Shown: positions 51,136-63,512, numbered from the stretch's first letter. The stretch is DNA of 64,000 nt from Haliotis rubra (GCF_003918875.1 NW_025767102.1:868001-932000); one strand, 5' to 3'. Translations and numbers: made by a program. Notes: generated by a model not told the origin, from the letters alone.

Positions 51136-51869
51136 GCTTTACAGACTCCTGTCTGAGAGTAGCTGAGGAAATGTGAAAATACTAAGAGAGGATATGTTTC
51201 TATTCTTGGCTTATTAGTGCTACTAATAAACAATTTTCCTCTTTGTTATTGTTATGATGGCTATGGATAAAACTCACATAGTCTTCTTTGTCGTAAAAGT
51301 GTTTTCCAGTCTGAATATATGTCATTAAATTATATTTATTTACAAGTTTTGTGTGTTGTTGTGTTTCTCGGGAGCCCCCCCTTACTGCAAAGAGTTGGTT
51401 GAAGTCATAGTAATTATTGATGTAATGATTTCATAATTTCAGGAATATATGAATGATACTTGTACATAAACCCTATAAAGTCATTACATACATACATTGA
51501 ATATTTTTATTTCCACATGAATGGACGTAAATGACTTGGGAAATGTCAATTTGGCTCGGTTTTTGGGACATATATTAAGGGCTCCTACAACATTATTATG
51601 ATATTCTTTGACATATAGTCTTCAATTCTGCCATCAGAACAGTAACTGGGACTAGACTGCATAAACAAAATAATTTTAACAGCATTAGAAAAAATCAGCC
51701 TGCGGTGCCTATCCATAGTATGCAACGTTCTCATGTTACCAAAACTGATCGCAGAAATACAGCAGATGGAGACAGCATGACGTCATTAAGTAACCAGCTT
51801 TTGGTTGGTTGAAAATGGGATCTAACCGTTTTCAACAATTCCTCATTCAGTTGGTTGTTAAACGCAAAC

Positions 51870-52320
51870 ACTTATCACAGCAGCCTGTCTCTTATCAATC
51901 CCAATTCCCTGTCGTGCTAGAGATTTCATTTTGGCGTCCAAAACAGTTCTAAGTCCGGAGAATAAGGGAGATTCGTAAAAGTTTATTTGAATTCCATTCC
52001 GGCGAAAAGTATTGAAGTGAGGCAATAACCTCATACAGTGTATTGCCCCGATATTCTTGACCCTTCCGATTCCTGACCTCCGTCAAAAAAATACATTAAT
52101 GTTTTGTTCAATTCACCTTCATTCACTGCTAATTCCAAAATGTTTGAATTTAAGTCAAAACCACTAGGACCTTCTCTTGCTTTCCTCTCGTCTACCCATA
52201 CCTGATAGAGTCTCACAGCCCACATTCTTTTGTTTTCAGTATCTGTAGAATAACATGAATTACATAACTTACTTAGAATCTGTCAACGGTTTGGCAAAAC
52301 GGGATCTATTTTCAGCAGTA
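51870..52320 (-). pseudogene. Crypton-like (DUF3504 / ZMYM-QRICH1 type) tyrosine-recombinase N-terminal fragment
   Basis: Across frameshifts: RFAKPL..KRMWAVRLYQVW..ELNKTLMYF..EVRNRKGQEYRGNTLYEVIASLQ..LRTVLDAKMKSLARQGIGIDKRQAAVIS. No catalytic domain follows. Confidence 0.75.
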
Positions 52321-53514
52321 ACTATTTCCGGAACCAATGGCTGCAGTTGCTTCTGTAGAAGGGCCCAGATTGTTTACGTTTGTTAGATAATTCATTATTA
52401 TATAAGCTTTCTTCAATAGCCTGACTTGCTTCAAACAAATAGTCAATGGGAAAAAACAATATGGACGGACAGTAGAAAAGTCTTTGCAGCTCTATAATAG
52501 AAATATTTCAATGAAACATTAGTTAAGTCCACATGGTCATAAATCAGGATAAATTATTTCTTTAAAATCCAATTATTTCAAGAGGAACATAATGTCCTAA
52601 TAAATGATGAAAGTAATACCTGGGCAGACTGTCTCCGTATTCAGATTCAGATTTGAACCAGAGGATTAAATCAAAACGTGGGGTGTCTTTTGGTTCTGAA
52701 ATAGTGGTATTAAGTAAATCTTCAAAGTCGGAATTGATTACAACTTCTAAATTTTGAGAAAAAATAATTTGCGTAATAAAAATGTCCGTATCTCAATCAG
52801 ATCATCGCAAGATGCACGTGCCATTTTCAATTTACAAGCGATTAACACTCCCATAGTTTTGTTCGTGTTAAGCTGCGTTCAGGCGAGGTGTACACACGTT
52901 TCCAGACCACGGCAAGCATTTGATAGTAACACAGACATTAGATGCGCACGAACTTTGTTTTAAGTAGGAGAAAGTCCTCAAACTCGCAATTACTTTCGCA
53001 CGTGAAACTAATCGCGAGTTTTCGGACATTCTCCTACACATAGGTTCTCCAAACTTTCAAGCATTCTTTCATTCTTACTTCTTTCATGTCTTTTAACTTG
53101 AATGCTATATTTTAACTTGAATGCTATCTACATAAACATACATTTTACACATGCATATATATAAATACATTTGGGGATTGAAAATACTTATTCTGCAGTT
53201 ACCGTAGGTGCTGGTGGCGGTAATATGAAATATCAAATAAAATGTCCCAATTTGGTGTACATCTTTTTATCATTATCACAATTATTGTTTTACCTTTAAC
53301 TTATTGGTATAGCAATACATCAGTGACTTTGGGAGTGCAACAATGTATATGATGTATTCTTGCTCGTTAAAATCCTGTGTTTAATCAGAATTGTACTTTT
53401 AAGAACACTTTTGTTTGACGAGTTCAGAGCTATATAACATGGATTTAATATCGAGGCTGTACCACTGTAGCCTTAGGCTTGGATACAGCAGTTTGTTATC
53501 TGCAGAATCATACA

Positions 53515-53680
53515 TTCATGAGCAGCCTCATGACTAAAGCGTTCGCTCGTCGCTGTGGTTTGTTTCTCCACATAGGTACGATATGTAAACCTCATTCCGG
53601 GTTACTCCCGCGATGATATTGAGGTGACTATTGCTAAAAGCGGCGTAAAACCCACTCACTCACCTACTCACTCTCTCACA
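53515..53680 (+). mobile_element. Family 1 SINE, degenerate; its ACTC tail is the LINE insertion target
   Basis: aaagcgttcgctcgtc..gctaaaagcggcgtaaaacccactcactc. Confidence 0.75.
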
Positions 53681-53688
53681 CAATCACT

Positions 53689-53746
53689 GGCACCCGTGAA
53701 GAGCCACCTCCTCGTGGTGGGTGCTGGGTAACGCTAAGAGCTCTTC
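53689..53746 (+). ncRNA. Predicted minimal HDV-like self-cleaving ribozyme at the LINE A 5' end
   Basis: P1 GGCACCC/GGGUGCU, P3 ACC/GGU, L3 UCCUCGU, P1.1 CC/GG, J4/2 GCUAA (catalytic-position C 53734), P2 GAAGAGC/GCUCUUC. Confidence 0.85.
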
Positions 53747-56205
53747 GACCGCCGTGTGGACCCGGGGGTATATTTGGTCCACCAACCTGTTTGTCGTGCG
53801 TTTCGCCCCTTTGTCGGTGGAGGACGGGATTCTGGTGGTTGAGGGCACTGGGAGCCTGGAACCGTGTTCTTTTTTGCCCAACACACCACTTCGCCCCTTA
53901 CTTCACCTAGATGGGTGGTAGAACTGGCCCGGTTCTATCAATCGGCTGGTCATGGAAAACGTTTATTTGGATTCATCATGACATAATATTATTGGTTAAA
54001 GACCGTGACAACGTTATCAATGCAAATTTACATTTTGCCTAGAGAGTCCTATGCCAGAAGGCGGTGGCACATGGGCCAATCTGGTGATATAGACCTCTAA
54101 ATTCTGAGTTTCTTAAGAAGAATGTCATGGGCCGAACCAGCCTGACACTTCTTCTTTTTGATTTCTTAGCTATTTATGTCTGTATTTCTGGAGTATAGCA
54201 TCCCCGTAGCTCTGGTCGTGCAGTTTGGTTTCCACTGCAGGATCGTCCTTGTTGACACTCGATGGTGGGTGGAGATCAGGGTTGCTGAAAATCATTCTAT
54301 TTCCCCTGGTTCAAAAAACGAATAAACGTCGACATCTTTCGACACCATCTGATGATGAAGTCTCTTCAGCGATAGTGGATTCATGGCCAAGATTCTTGGT
54401 TATTGAAACAGCAGATGGAAGTCCATTAAAATTGAACCACTTTGCTATATCGATGGGCATCAAAGGTGTCTGTGGAGAGGTAGCAAACGTCACACGTCTT
54501 CGTTCTGGCTCACTTCTTGTTGAATGTGCCCGGAGGCAACAATCTGTAAACTTGTTGGGATTACAACAGTTTGTTAATACACAGGTTGTTGTCTCTGTGG
54601 ACAGGACATTGAACTCTTGCAGAGGTATCATCCGTGACCGATCTCGTTGTCTGGCGTACATGACAGAAGAAGAAATTTTTGATGAATTGAAATACCAAGG
54701 AGTAACTGCTGTTAAACGGTTTACCAGAAAACAGGAGGCAGATATCATTAAAACAAATACTTACCTGTTCACCTCTGGGCTGTCGGCTCTACCAAAAGCT
54801 ATTAAAGCTGGTCACTTTAATATCCCAGTTGATGTCTACATACCTAATCCGCTGCGATGTTTTAAGTGCCAAAAATCTGGACACGAAGCCAAGTCATTCA
54901 CTCATAAAACAGTATGCTCTCGTTGCAGTGGGACTCATGATAACAATGCATGTACAAAAGACATCAGATGTGCTAACTGTAACGGTGAGCACATGGCATC
55001 GTCCAAATCATGTCCTAATTTTGTACTCGAGTCAAAGATTTTTTAACTCAAAATCACTAACAACTTCTCCTACCAAGAATCCAAAAAGTTAATACCTGGA
55101 CAGTCTCAAACTACTACAACTCGAACTTAGTCAGCCACTGTTTCTACCCCTGTTCATCATCCTGGAACCAAAGTTTCACCTTCATGCCAGACAGCCATAT
55201 CTTGGGTAAAGAGCAAACAAGTTACAATCAACGAATACACCCACTCCTCTCAAAACGAGCAAAGTTCGTCAACATCTGCCTCACAGACGGAACAAGAACC
55301 AGAGACACAATCAAATCCAGGAAAAGTTAGCCATTTGTCAAATAAAGAAAAGAAAAAGCTGCGAAGAGCAAATGCTCTCCAGCATTTAGAGGTACCATCT
55401 ACCTCGTCAACATCCGTGGCGGTTCATAATCCGTTTGGACCTATTGATATGGAGGTCACTCCCTCACAGCCAGGGCGAGGGAGTAGACGTTCCTCGCGGT
55501 CAAGATCCCCGGTTGAAGTGCCATGAACAACTCTATTAATTTAATACAATGGAATTGCAGAGGCCTTAGGAATAATTTTAATGATCTACAATTATTATCA
55601 CAAGGTTTTAATCCATCGGTTTTTAGTTTACAAGAGACGTACTTGAAAAGTACAGATAAAATTTGAATTGCGCCGGTACAATTCATTCTCACCTCCAGGT
55701 GATAAAGCCACTGGCGGCGCCTCTTTTCTCGTGAGGCAGGGTGTTATCCATAGCCTGGTTCCTCTTAAAAGCAATCTTCAGGCTATTGCTGTCCGTCTTT
55801 CTTTACAGATAACCTTTACGCTTTGTTCTTTGTATATTTCTCCTTCTTCAGCGCTTCAGCAGTCCAATCTTCAGGATCTCTTTGACCAACTTCCTCAACC
55901 ATGTATAATCATGGGAGATCTAAACGGCCATAACCCTTTGTGGGATAATGCCGAGACCAACAATAAAGGAAAAACCATTAAGGACTTCATTTCAAACAAT
56001 AATTTATGCATCTTTAATGATGGATCTGTCACATATATACACCCTGGTTCGGGAACTTATTCTGCACTTGATCTGTCGCTCACAGACCCAAATATTTATA
56101 ACGAATTTAAAAGGTCAGTCGACGATGACCTGTGTGGAAGTGACCATTTTCCTACAATACTTTCCGCTATAAACCCGAGTGATGACCCATCTACTACAAG
56201 GTGTA
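53689..56205 (+). mobile_element. I-group (I/Nimb-like) LINE A: 5'UTR, gag-like ORF1 and AP endonuclease; 3' part absent
   Basis: ORF1 about 54310-55526 with CFKCQKSGH, CSRCSGTH and CANCNGEH knuckles. ORF2 from 55523 with QWNCRG, MGDLNGH and GSDHFP; it breaks where LINE B starts. Confidence 0.92.
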
Positions 56206-56263
56206 GGCACCCGTGAAGAGCCACCTCCTCGTGGTGGGTGCTGGGTAACGCTAAGCACTCTTC
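56206..56263 (+). ncRNA. Predicted minimal HDV-like ribozyme at the LINE B 5' end
   Basis: Same fold; catalytic-position C 56251; one C-A mismatch in P2. Confidence 0.8.
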
Positions 56264-59200
56264 AACCCCCCGTTGTGGACTCGGGGGGATATTTGGTCCA
56301 CCAACCTGTTTGCCGTGCGCTTCGCCCCTGTGTCGGTGGAGGACGGGATTCTGGTGGTTAAGGGCAATAGGATCCTGGAACCGTGTTCCTTTTGCCCAAC
56401 AAACCACTTTGGCCCTTACTTCACCTAGGCGGGTGGTAGAACTGGCCCGGTTCTATCAATCAGCTGGTCACGCCATGCCCTGTGCATAGTGAATATTTTT
56501 GCACATTAACTCTTTTGGGGTTTTGGCCATTTTGATTTGTATTTATGAATTATTGATCTATTTAATTGCCTAGAGTCCTATGCCAGAAGGCGGTGGCTCA
56601 TGGGCCAATCTGGTGATGTTACCTCCAAATTCAATATGTATCCTATTTCTTGTCATGGGTAGAACCACCCTGACATTTAATTTGGTATACAAATATTGCT
56701 TTTTGCGTCATACTCGCTGGATTATAACATCCTTGTATCCCAGGTGTCAGCATCTTGGATATCCGGTGCTAGCTGGTTCATCTCGTCACGAAAAGAAAAG
56801 ACGTCTTGACAAAATAGATCATTCCACGGAACACATTCAGAAAAACGTTGCCTCATTGGCTCGATTTCTTGTGATAGAAGCTGCGGATTTTCTTCCTCTC
56901 AAACTCAATCCTTTTGCCATTTCCAAGGTTATTTCTGGTATTTGCAGAGAGGTGAAAAATGTTACTTGTCTCCGTAGTGGCTCACGTTTGGTCGAATGTT
57001 CACGGAAACAACAATCTCAAAATCTGTTATCCATCAAAACATTTGCAAATATAGAGGTTGGTGTCTCTATACACAGAACATTAAACTCTTGCCGTGGCAT
57101 CATCCGCGACAGGGCACGTTGCCTCGCTGATATGTCTGAGGAGGACATTGCTTTAGAATTAAAGGATCAGGGCGTTTCAGCAATGAAACGGTTCACCTTT
57201 AAGAAAGAGGGCATTATTACAAAAAAAACATATCTCTTGACCTTTTCTCTCTCTTCACTTCCAGCATCTATAAAAGCAGGCTATTTCAATATCGGGGTGG
57301 ATGTGTATGTCCCCAATCCACACCGATGTTACAAATGTCAGCATTGTGGACATGGCTCGCAGTCTTGCCGAAACTCTGTTGTATGTCATCGTTGTGGCGA
57401 TCGTCATGACGGTTCTGACTGCGACAAAGATTACAAGTGTGCAAACTGTAATGGTGCACCTTCTGCTTCATCGAAATCCTGCCATGTGTTCCAGCGTGAA
57501 TCGCAGATTATGAAACTTAAATGCGAGAAACATGTTTCATACCTGGATGCCCAAAAATTGCTAAATCAAACCTCTACTCCTTTAAACATTACCTACGCTG
57601 CGGCAGTTACCTGCTCTGTGGCAGTGTCCTCTACTGCGTGTCAGACTGACTTGACTTGGGATCCTATTGCCCTTGACTTGGGTCAAGTCAGAGAAACCTA
57701 TTTCGTCAGCTTCAACCATTAAACCTGCCACAGTCATTCAATCTACGTCTGGTTCTCAGACTGATGAAACTGAATCCGAGACATCATCGCAAACGTCTGT
57801 TTTGCAACCAGCCTTGAATAAAATTAAAAGAAGAAAGGAAAAGGGATTACTAGGGAAAAACTACCTGTTGTTCCTTCACCTCCAGAGGTACCAGAGGTGC
57901 ATAAACTCATTTGGACCTTTAGATATGGAGGTTACTCCGTCCTCACAGGGCAGGCAGAGGAGCTTATCCTCCTCGCATTCACGAGAGAGATCACCAATAG
58001 AGGCGCCATGACTCAATTGTCTATTTTAATGCAATGGAATTGCAGAGGACTAAGAAATAACTTCAATGAGATACAATTACTGATACAATATATTCAGCCG
58101 TCAGCACTCTGTCTCCAAGAGACATATTTAAAACCTACAGATAACTTTACTTTGAGACAATACAGCGATTATCAGTCCTTTTCTCCTCCAGGAGATAAAG
58201 CAACTGGAGGTGCTTCTATGTTAGTACGGCAGAGTATAATACATAGCCCTGTCCCCCTTAATACCAATCTTCAGACTGTAGCTGTTCGACTGACCCTGCA
58301 CATTGCTTTGACTCTGTGCAGCTTATATATCCCTCCATCTTCTGATGTCCGTCTGTTAGATCTTCAGAATCTGTATGATCTGCTTCCAAAGCCATGTATC
58401 ATCATGGGCGATCTGAATGGACACAATCCGCTTTGGGGAAGTGTCCATACCAAAAATAAAGGTAAAATCCTCGAGGAATTTATATCAGATAATAATCTCT
58501 GTATTTTCAATGATAATTCAGCCACTTATTTATATCCATCTACGGGAACATATTCTTCCTTGGATCTGTCACTCACCGATTCAACCTTATATAATAAATT
58601 TGAATGGATGGTTCATGATGACTTGTGTGGGAGTGATCACTTCCCTACCATTCTTAAAACGATCAACCCTGGTGATGATCCACCTTTATCGAGAAGGAAC
58701 TTCGCCAGGGCTGATTGGTCATTATATAAGACACTATGTGATGATCACTTAAAACATGATGTTTTTGCGAACAGCAAAGATCCTATACAGCTGTTTGCCG
58801 ATTTCTCAATCACATTGCTAACCATACTTTCCCCAAGTCCTCAGCAATTCCACATATTCGTAAACCATGGTTTACTAATGAGTGTAAACAGGCCAGAAAA
58901 AGTAGGAAGAAAGCTGAAAGGTTTTTCGCAAACATCCTACAGTCCATAATTTAGATAAAGTTAAAATTTTAAATGCCAAGGCTCGACGCGCATTTAAACA
59001 GAATAAGCGTCAGTCTTGGAGGAACTATGTTTCCAAAATAAATTCACGTACACCTATGTCCAAGGTGTGGAACATGGTCCAAAGAATAAAGGGCAAAAGC
59101 TCTAAATCTACTGTACACCATCTGAAGGATTGTGATAATCTCTTAACTCATAACACTGGCATAGCAAATAAACTTGGCGAAACGCTTGCGAAACATTCTT

Positions 59201-62173
59201 CATCATCAAATTATGTCCCTGAGTTTCCAAAACACCAGAAACAACAGGAGAAGAAAAGAATATTTTTTTCTCAGACAATGGTGAAGATTATAATGAATTA
59301 TTTTCACTCCATGAGTTACATACCGCTCTTGAGCAAGCTCATGATACAGCAACAGGGGCTGAAGATATCCACTATCAGCTCCTAAAGCATTTGCCCGAAT
59401 CGTGTTTGGAAACACTGCTAAATATATTTGATATGATATGGACTACAGGGAATTTCCCAGCTTCCAATCTCTTTAACGAGTTGTGTCTGTAAAACCATGG
59501 AACGAATGGTAAACAATCGATTGACATGGAATTTTGAAACCAATAACCTATCACAAATATCCAATGTGGTTTCAGGAAAAATCGTAGTACCATTGATCAT
59601 TTAGTACGTTTAGAGTCCTTTGTCAAAAATGCTATAGTAAATAAACAACATGCAGTATCGATATTTTTTTATCTCGAGAAAGCATACGATACCATCTAGA
59701 AGCATAGCATTTTGAAGGGTTTACATGATTTGGGTTTGAGGAGCCGTTTGCCTCTTTTTATATCACAGTTTTTAAAAGGCAGGCAATTTCAAGTCCGAGT
59801 GGGCTCAACCCTGTCTGATCATTATAATCAGGATCAGGGTGTCCCACAAGGTAGTATTTTGTCTGTCACGCTATTTAGTATCAAGATTAAACAGTTTATC
59901 CAAGGTTTTAAAAGATTCAGTCGACGGATCACATTTTGTGGATGATTTTAATATTTCTTGTCGTGGTAAAAATATGCATACTATTGAACGGCAATTGCAG
60001 TTGTGTTTAAATAAAATAAATAAATGGTGTCTTGAAAACGGCTTTAAATTTTCCAAGTCCAAAACTAATTGTCTACATACACTTTTGTAGAAAATATAAG
60101 CCTCATAAAGACCCAGAACTATCTTTAAATGGCATTCCCATCAAAGTTGTCAAGGAGGCCAAGTTCTTGGGTCTAATTTTCGACTCCCATTTAAAATATT
60201 TGCCGCATATCAAATCCCTTAAAGATAAATGCCTGAAGGCCCTTGATCTGTTGAAAGTTGTTTCCAACTCAAAGTGGGGAGGGGATTAAGCTACCCTCCT
60301 CCACCTATACCGATCATAGGTCCGCTCGATACTTGATTATGGCTCGATCATATATGGTGGAGCCTGCAAAAGCAACTTAAAACTTTTAGATTCTGTTCAC
60401 CACCAAGGTCTGAGACTTGTTCTTGGGTAATTCAGAACATCTCACGTTGACAGTCTCTATGTTGAGGCAGATGAGCCTTCTCTTAACCAACGCCGTATAA
60501 AATTATCATTACAATATATTACCAAACTATATTATAACGAGTCTAATCCTGCTTTTAATTGTGTCTGTAATCCTCTCTATGAGGAATTGTACAACAAAAA
60601 GTCTTCTCTTGTCCCGCCTCTTGGGCTAAGAATTCAACCCTTCATTTCTGCTGCCGGCATTGAGCTGGACAATATAGCTCCTTCCCGTCTTCTTTCTTAT
60701 CCTCCTTGGCAATTAGTGAGACCACAGGTTGACCTCACACTGACAAAGTTTAAGAAAGCAGAAACTACTGAACTACAATATAAACAAGAATATAATCAAT
60801 TAAAAAATAAATATAATACATACAAATCCTTATTTACAGATGGGTCCAAGGATGGTGGCGCACTGGCATGTGCCACTGTCATTGGATCCCGAACAATATC
60901 TTCTCGACTACCAAATAACAGCTCTAGTTTCACAGCAGAAGCTAACGCCATATTAACAGCTCTTAAATATATTAATAAACACCGTAAATATAAACAATAC
61001 ATAATCTTTTCCGATTCTCTTTCGTGTCTTCAGGCTATTAAAAATCTTTCTTGTAAACATCCACTTTTATTAGAAAGTATTGAATTGAATAATGAGCTTG
61101 CTACTGGCCAATGCGACATCGTCTTTTGTTGGTTACCCAGCCATGTTGGCATTTCTGGGAACCAAGCCATGTTGGCATTTCTGGGAACACAATGGCCGAT
61201 CTTGCTGCTAAGGCAGCACTCAACAAATGTGTGACACCACTTCTGATCCCATACTCTGATTACAAAGCTGCTATTAGATCTTACATCCGTGATCTGATGC
61301 AAAGGAAGTGGGACACCCAAGTAGATATCAATAAATTACATGCAATAAAACTAACTATCGGTTACACCTACTTGGGTTGTCAGTCCAGATTTGAAGAGGT
61401 CATCATGCGACGACGTCGCATTGGCCATACAAGGTATACTCATGAATACCTGTTAAAAGGTGAGGATCCTCCGTTTTGTATCCCTTGTGATGAAAGAATC
61501 ACGATCAAGCATGTCTTGCTTGACTGTGTTGAATATTCCATCACAAGGGATATCTATTTCAAATCACGAACTATGAAGGATCTTTTTAGGCATATAAGTT
61601 CTCATTTAATTATTGCATTTTTAAAAGACTTAGATTTGTTAATTGATTTGTAAAAAGATAAATATTTTATGATTGGAAGTTTGAATTAATAACTCAAATT
61701 GTTAGTGGCTGTATCCTCAAGGGGGGTTAAAGTACTGTAAAATTATTGTCCTCCTGAGAGGATACGTAAGTCCACAAACATTCAAAGTAAATTGAAACTC
61801 TCCGCTGTTTTTAATCGTAGAATATGTGTGTTTTTAAATGTATGGCTAGAGCTGTCTACGTTGCTAACGGCTGAGGGGATGGTGTAAATCCGGCTAGGGT
61901 CCATGCAGGAAGCAAATGTACTGTAAGTCCCCATGGTCCCTAGTATGGTGATCTACCTTCAGTCGTTGGCAATCTCTAGCCTGTTTTTATATTGTATTGT
62001 TATTTATAGTTCCAATATTTTAGTTTGCTAGTTTTAAAATGATATCTGTGATACACTAGTAGTTTTACTGTTCTTCGTCAACAGGTTTTTTAATGTCTAA
62101 CTTTATTGATCTTTAATATAATTATAAACTGTTCTCGTCACGATATGGCGTTAAATATTAACTCACTCACTCA
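56206..62173 (+). mobile_element. I-group (I/Nimb-like) LINE B, near full length, decayed (ORF1 gag; ORF2 APE-RT-RNase H-CCHC)
   Basis: ORF1 about 56790-58011; ORF2 58008-61653 with frameshifts. Motifs QWNCRG, GSDHFP, GVPQGS, FVDD, FTDGSK, FSDSLS, WLPSHVGI and CIPC..H..C; (ACTC)n tail. Confidence 0.95.
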
Positions 62174-62859
62174 CTCACACAATCACAACTCACTCACTCA
62201 CCGATGATAATCCCAAATATAGATTTCCGGCCACAACACTATGATTCCGATAAGAGGAATTAAATCTGAACATTAACGTATCCAGAATGTTAATAATACA
62301 TATTATATATCTTGCACTGTAACTGAGCCTTTTTGTCACAAGGAACAATGAATGTCTTGTTCCGTTAATATATGATTTATTTTGTGACACGAAAAAAAAT
62401 GGCCTGTCGATCGATTCATTTTATTAATCAAATACAATATTCCAGAGCGTTAAGGGTCTCTGGAGCCTCCTCTCTGAATTTTGAACTGGTCAAGAGCATA
62501 AGCATCATAGTTGCTATTATGAATGTGTCCTTTCTAAGCAATTTCTGAGCAATTTTGCAAGTACCTTTATGGCACTTGATACTGTTATGGGACAATGGTT
62601 CTTTAGTGTGCAACAGTTTTCTAAGTGCGGTGTGCTCTATGTTTAGATTTGTGCTATATCATGACTTTGCTAGCTCTAAATAGCAACATCTGGAAGCGAC
62701 TGCAGAGAATTACATCCCTATGTGTTGTTGGAGAATCCCCCGGAGTCTTTTTTTTCATAGCTATGTAAGGGGCGCTTTAACCTCTAGGCTACCCCACCGC
62801 CCCTGACATAGGGAAGAAGATAATAAAGCGATTATCCTTTAGTGTGACACTCCGATCAG

Positions 62860-63145
62860 ACTGTAATTGTCACTGGAAATTGCCTATCATTTCAAAATTT
62901 GGCTATAGATTGAGGCAAACGGCCTCGCAATCCCAAATTTGCGTATATCTTTTATAATCCCGTATTTCCATGTAGTGTCGTATGCTTTTTCAAAATAAAA
63001 AAGACAGACACTGCATGTTGTTGTTTTTGATAATGGCATTTTTGACAAATGTTGCTAAAGGCACTAAATGGTCAATGGTACTTCTGTTTTTACGGAAACC
63101 ACATTGTATATCAGTAAGTAGTTGGTTTCCAAGTACCAAACTAGT
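62860..63145 (-). mobile_element. I-group LINE RT fragment
   Basis: QCGFRKNRSTIDHLVPLATFVKNA. Confidence 0.8.
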
Positions 63146-63454
63146 CGATTTCTGATCAGGCATGGTTTGGATTGCAGTCCTCGGGTGGTCCTTCGTGATA
63201 TTATGAAATCTACCTATATTGAACATGAAGGCAACTTATATTTTAAGAAGGAAAACATTAAAACATGTTCGGTAAATTTGGAGGACATTTCCATGTAGTA
63301 TTTCAAGCCCCATGTTACTATATATATTTACTATTAGCAAATTTTTTAAAAAAACCACATAGGATCATTATTGTGAAAATATGTATACATTTGTAAAAGT
63401 TTGTCTCAAACCTTCAGAAGTTCTTCATTTCCACCTTTGTCCTTCTTAATTGGA

Positions 63455-63512
63455 GGCACCCATGAAGGGCCACCTCCTCGTGGTGGGTGCTGGGTCACGC
63501 TAAGCGCCCTTC
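63455..63512 (+). ncRNA. Predicted minimal HDV-like ribozyme at the LINE C 5' end
   Basis: Same fold; catalytic-position C 63500; P2 GAAGGGC/GCCCUUC is a compensatory change relative to A. Confidence 0.87.

Larger units (their letters stand above)
48316..52642. mobile_element. Young non-autonomous TIR element of 4.3 kb, superfamily unassigned
   Basis: Perfect 197-bp TIRs (48316-48512, 52446-52642) flanked by the 4-bp direct repeat AGAT. Confidence 0.92.

Noticed and set aside
42499-52853. Possible TIRs of the hAT-like element (GAAAATGGC near 42525, GCCATTTTC near 52820)
   Set aside because: Only 9 bp match exactly and no TSD is evident, so boundaries are left unresolved.
53721-53921. Conserved short ORFs in the LINE 5'UTRs (also 56238 and 63487)
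   Set aside because: Non-ATG starts and frame differences among copies; RNA structure explains the conservation better.
61139-61187. Tandem duplication in the LINE B RNase H region
   Set aside because: An ordinary decay lesion that causes a frameshift.
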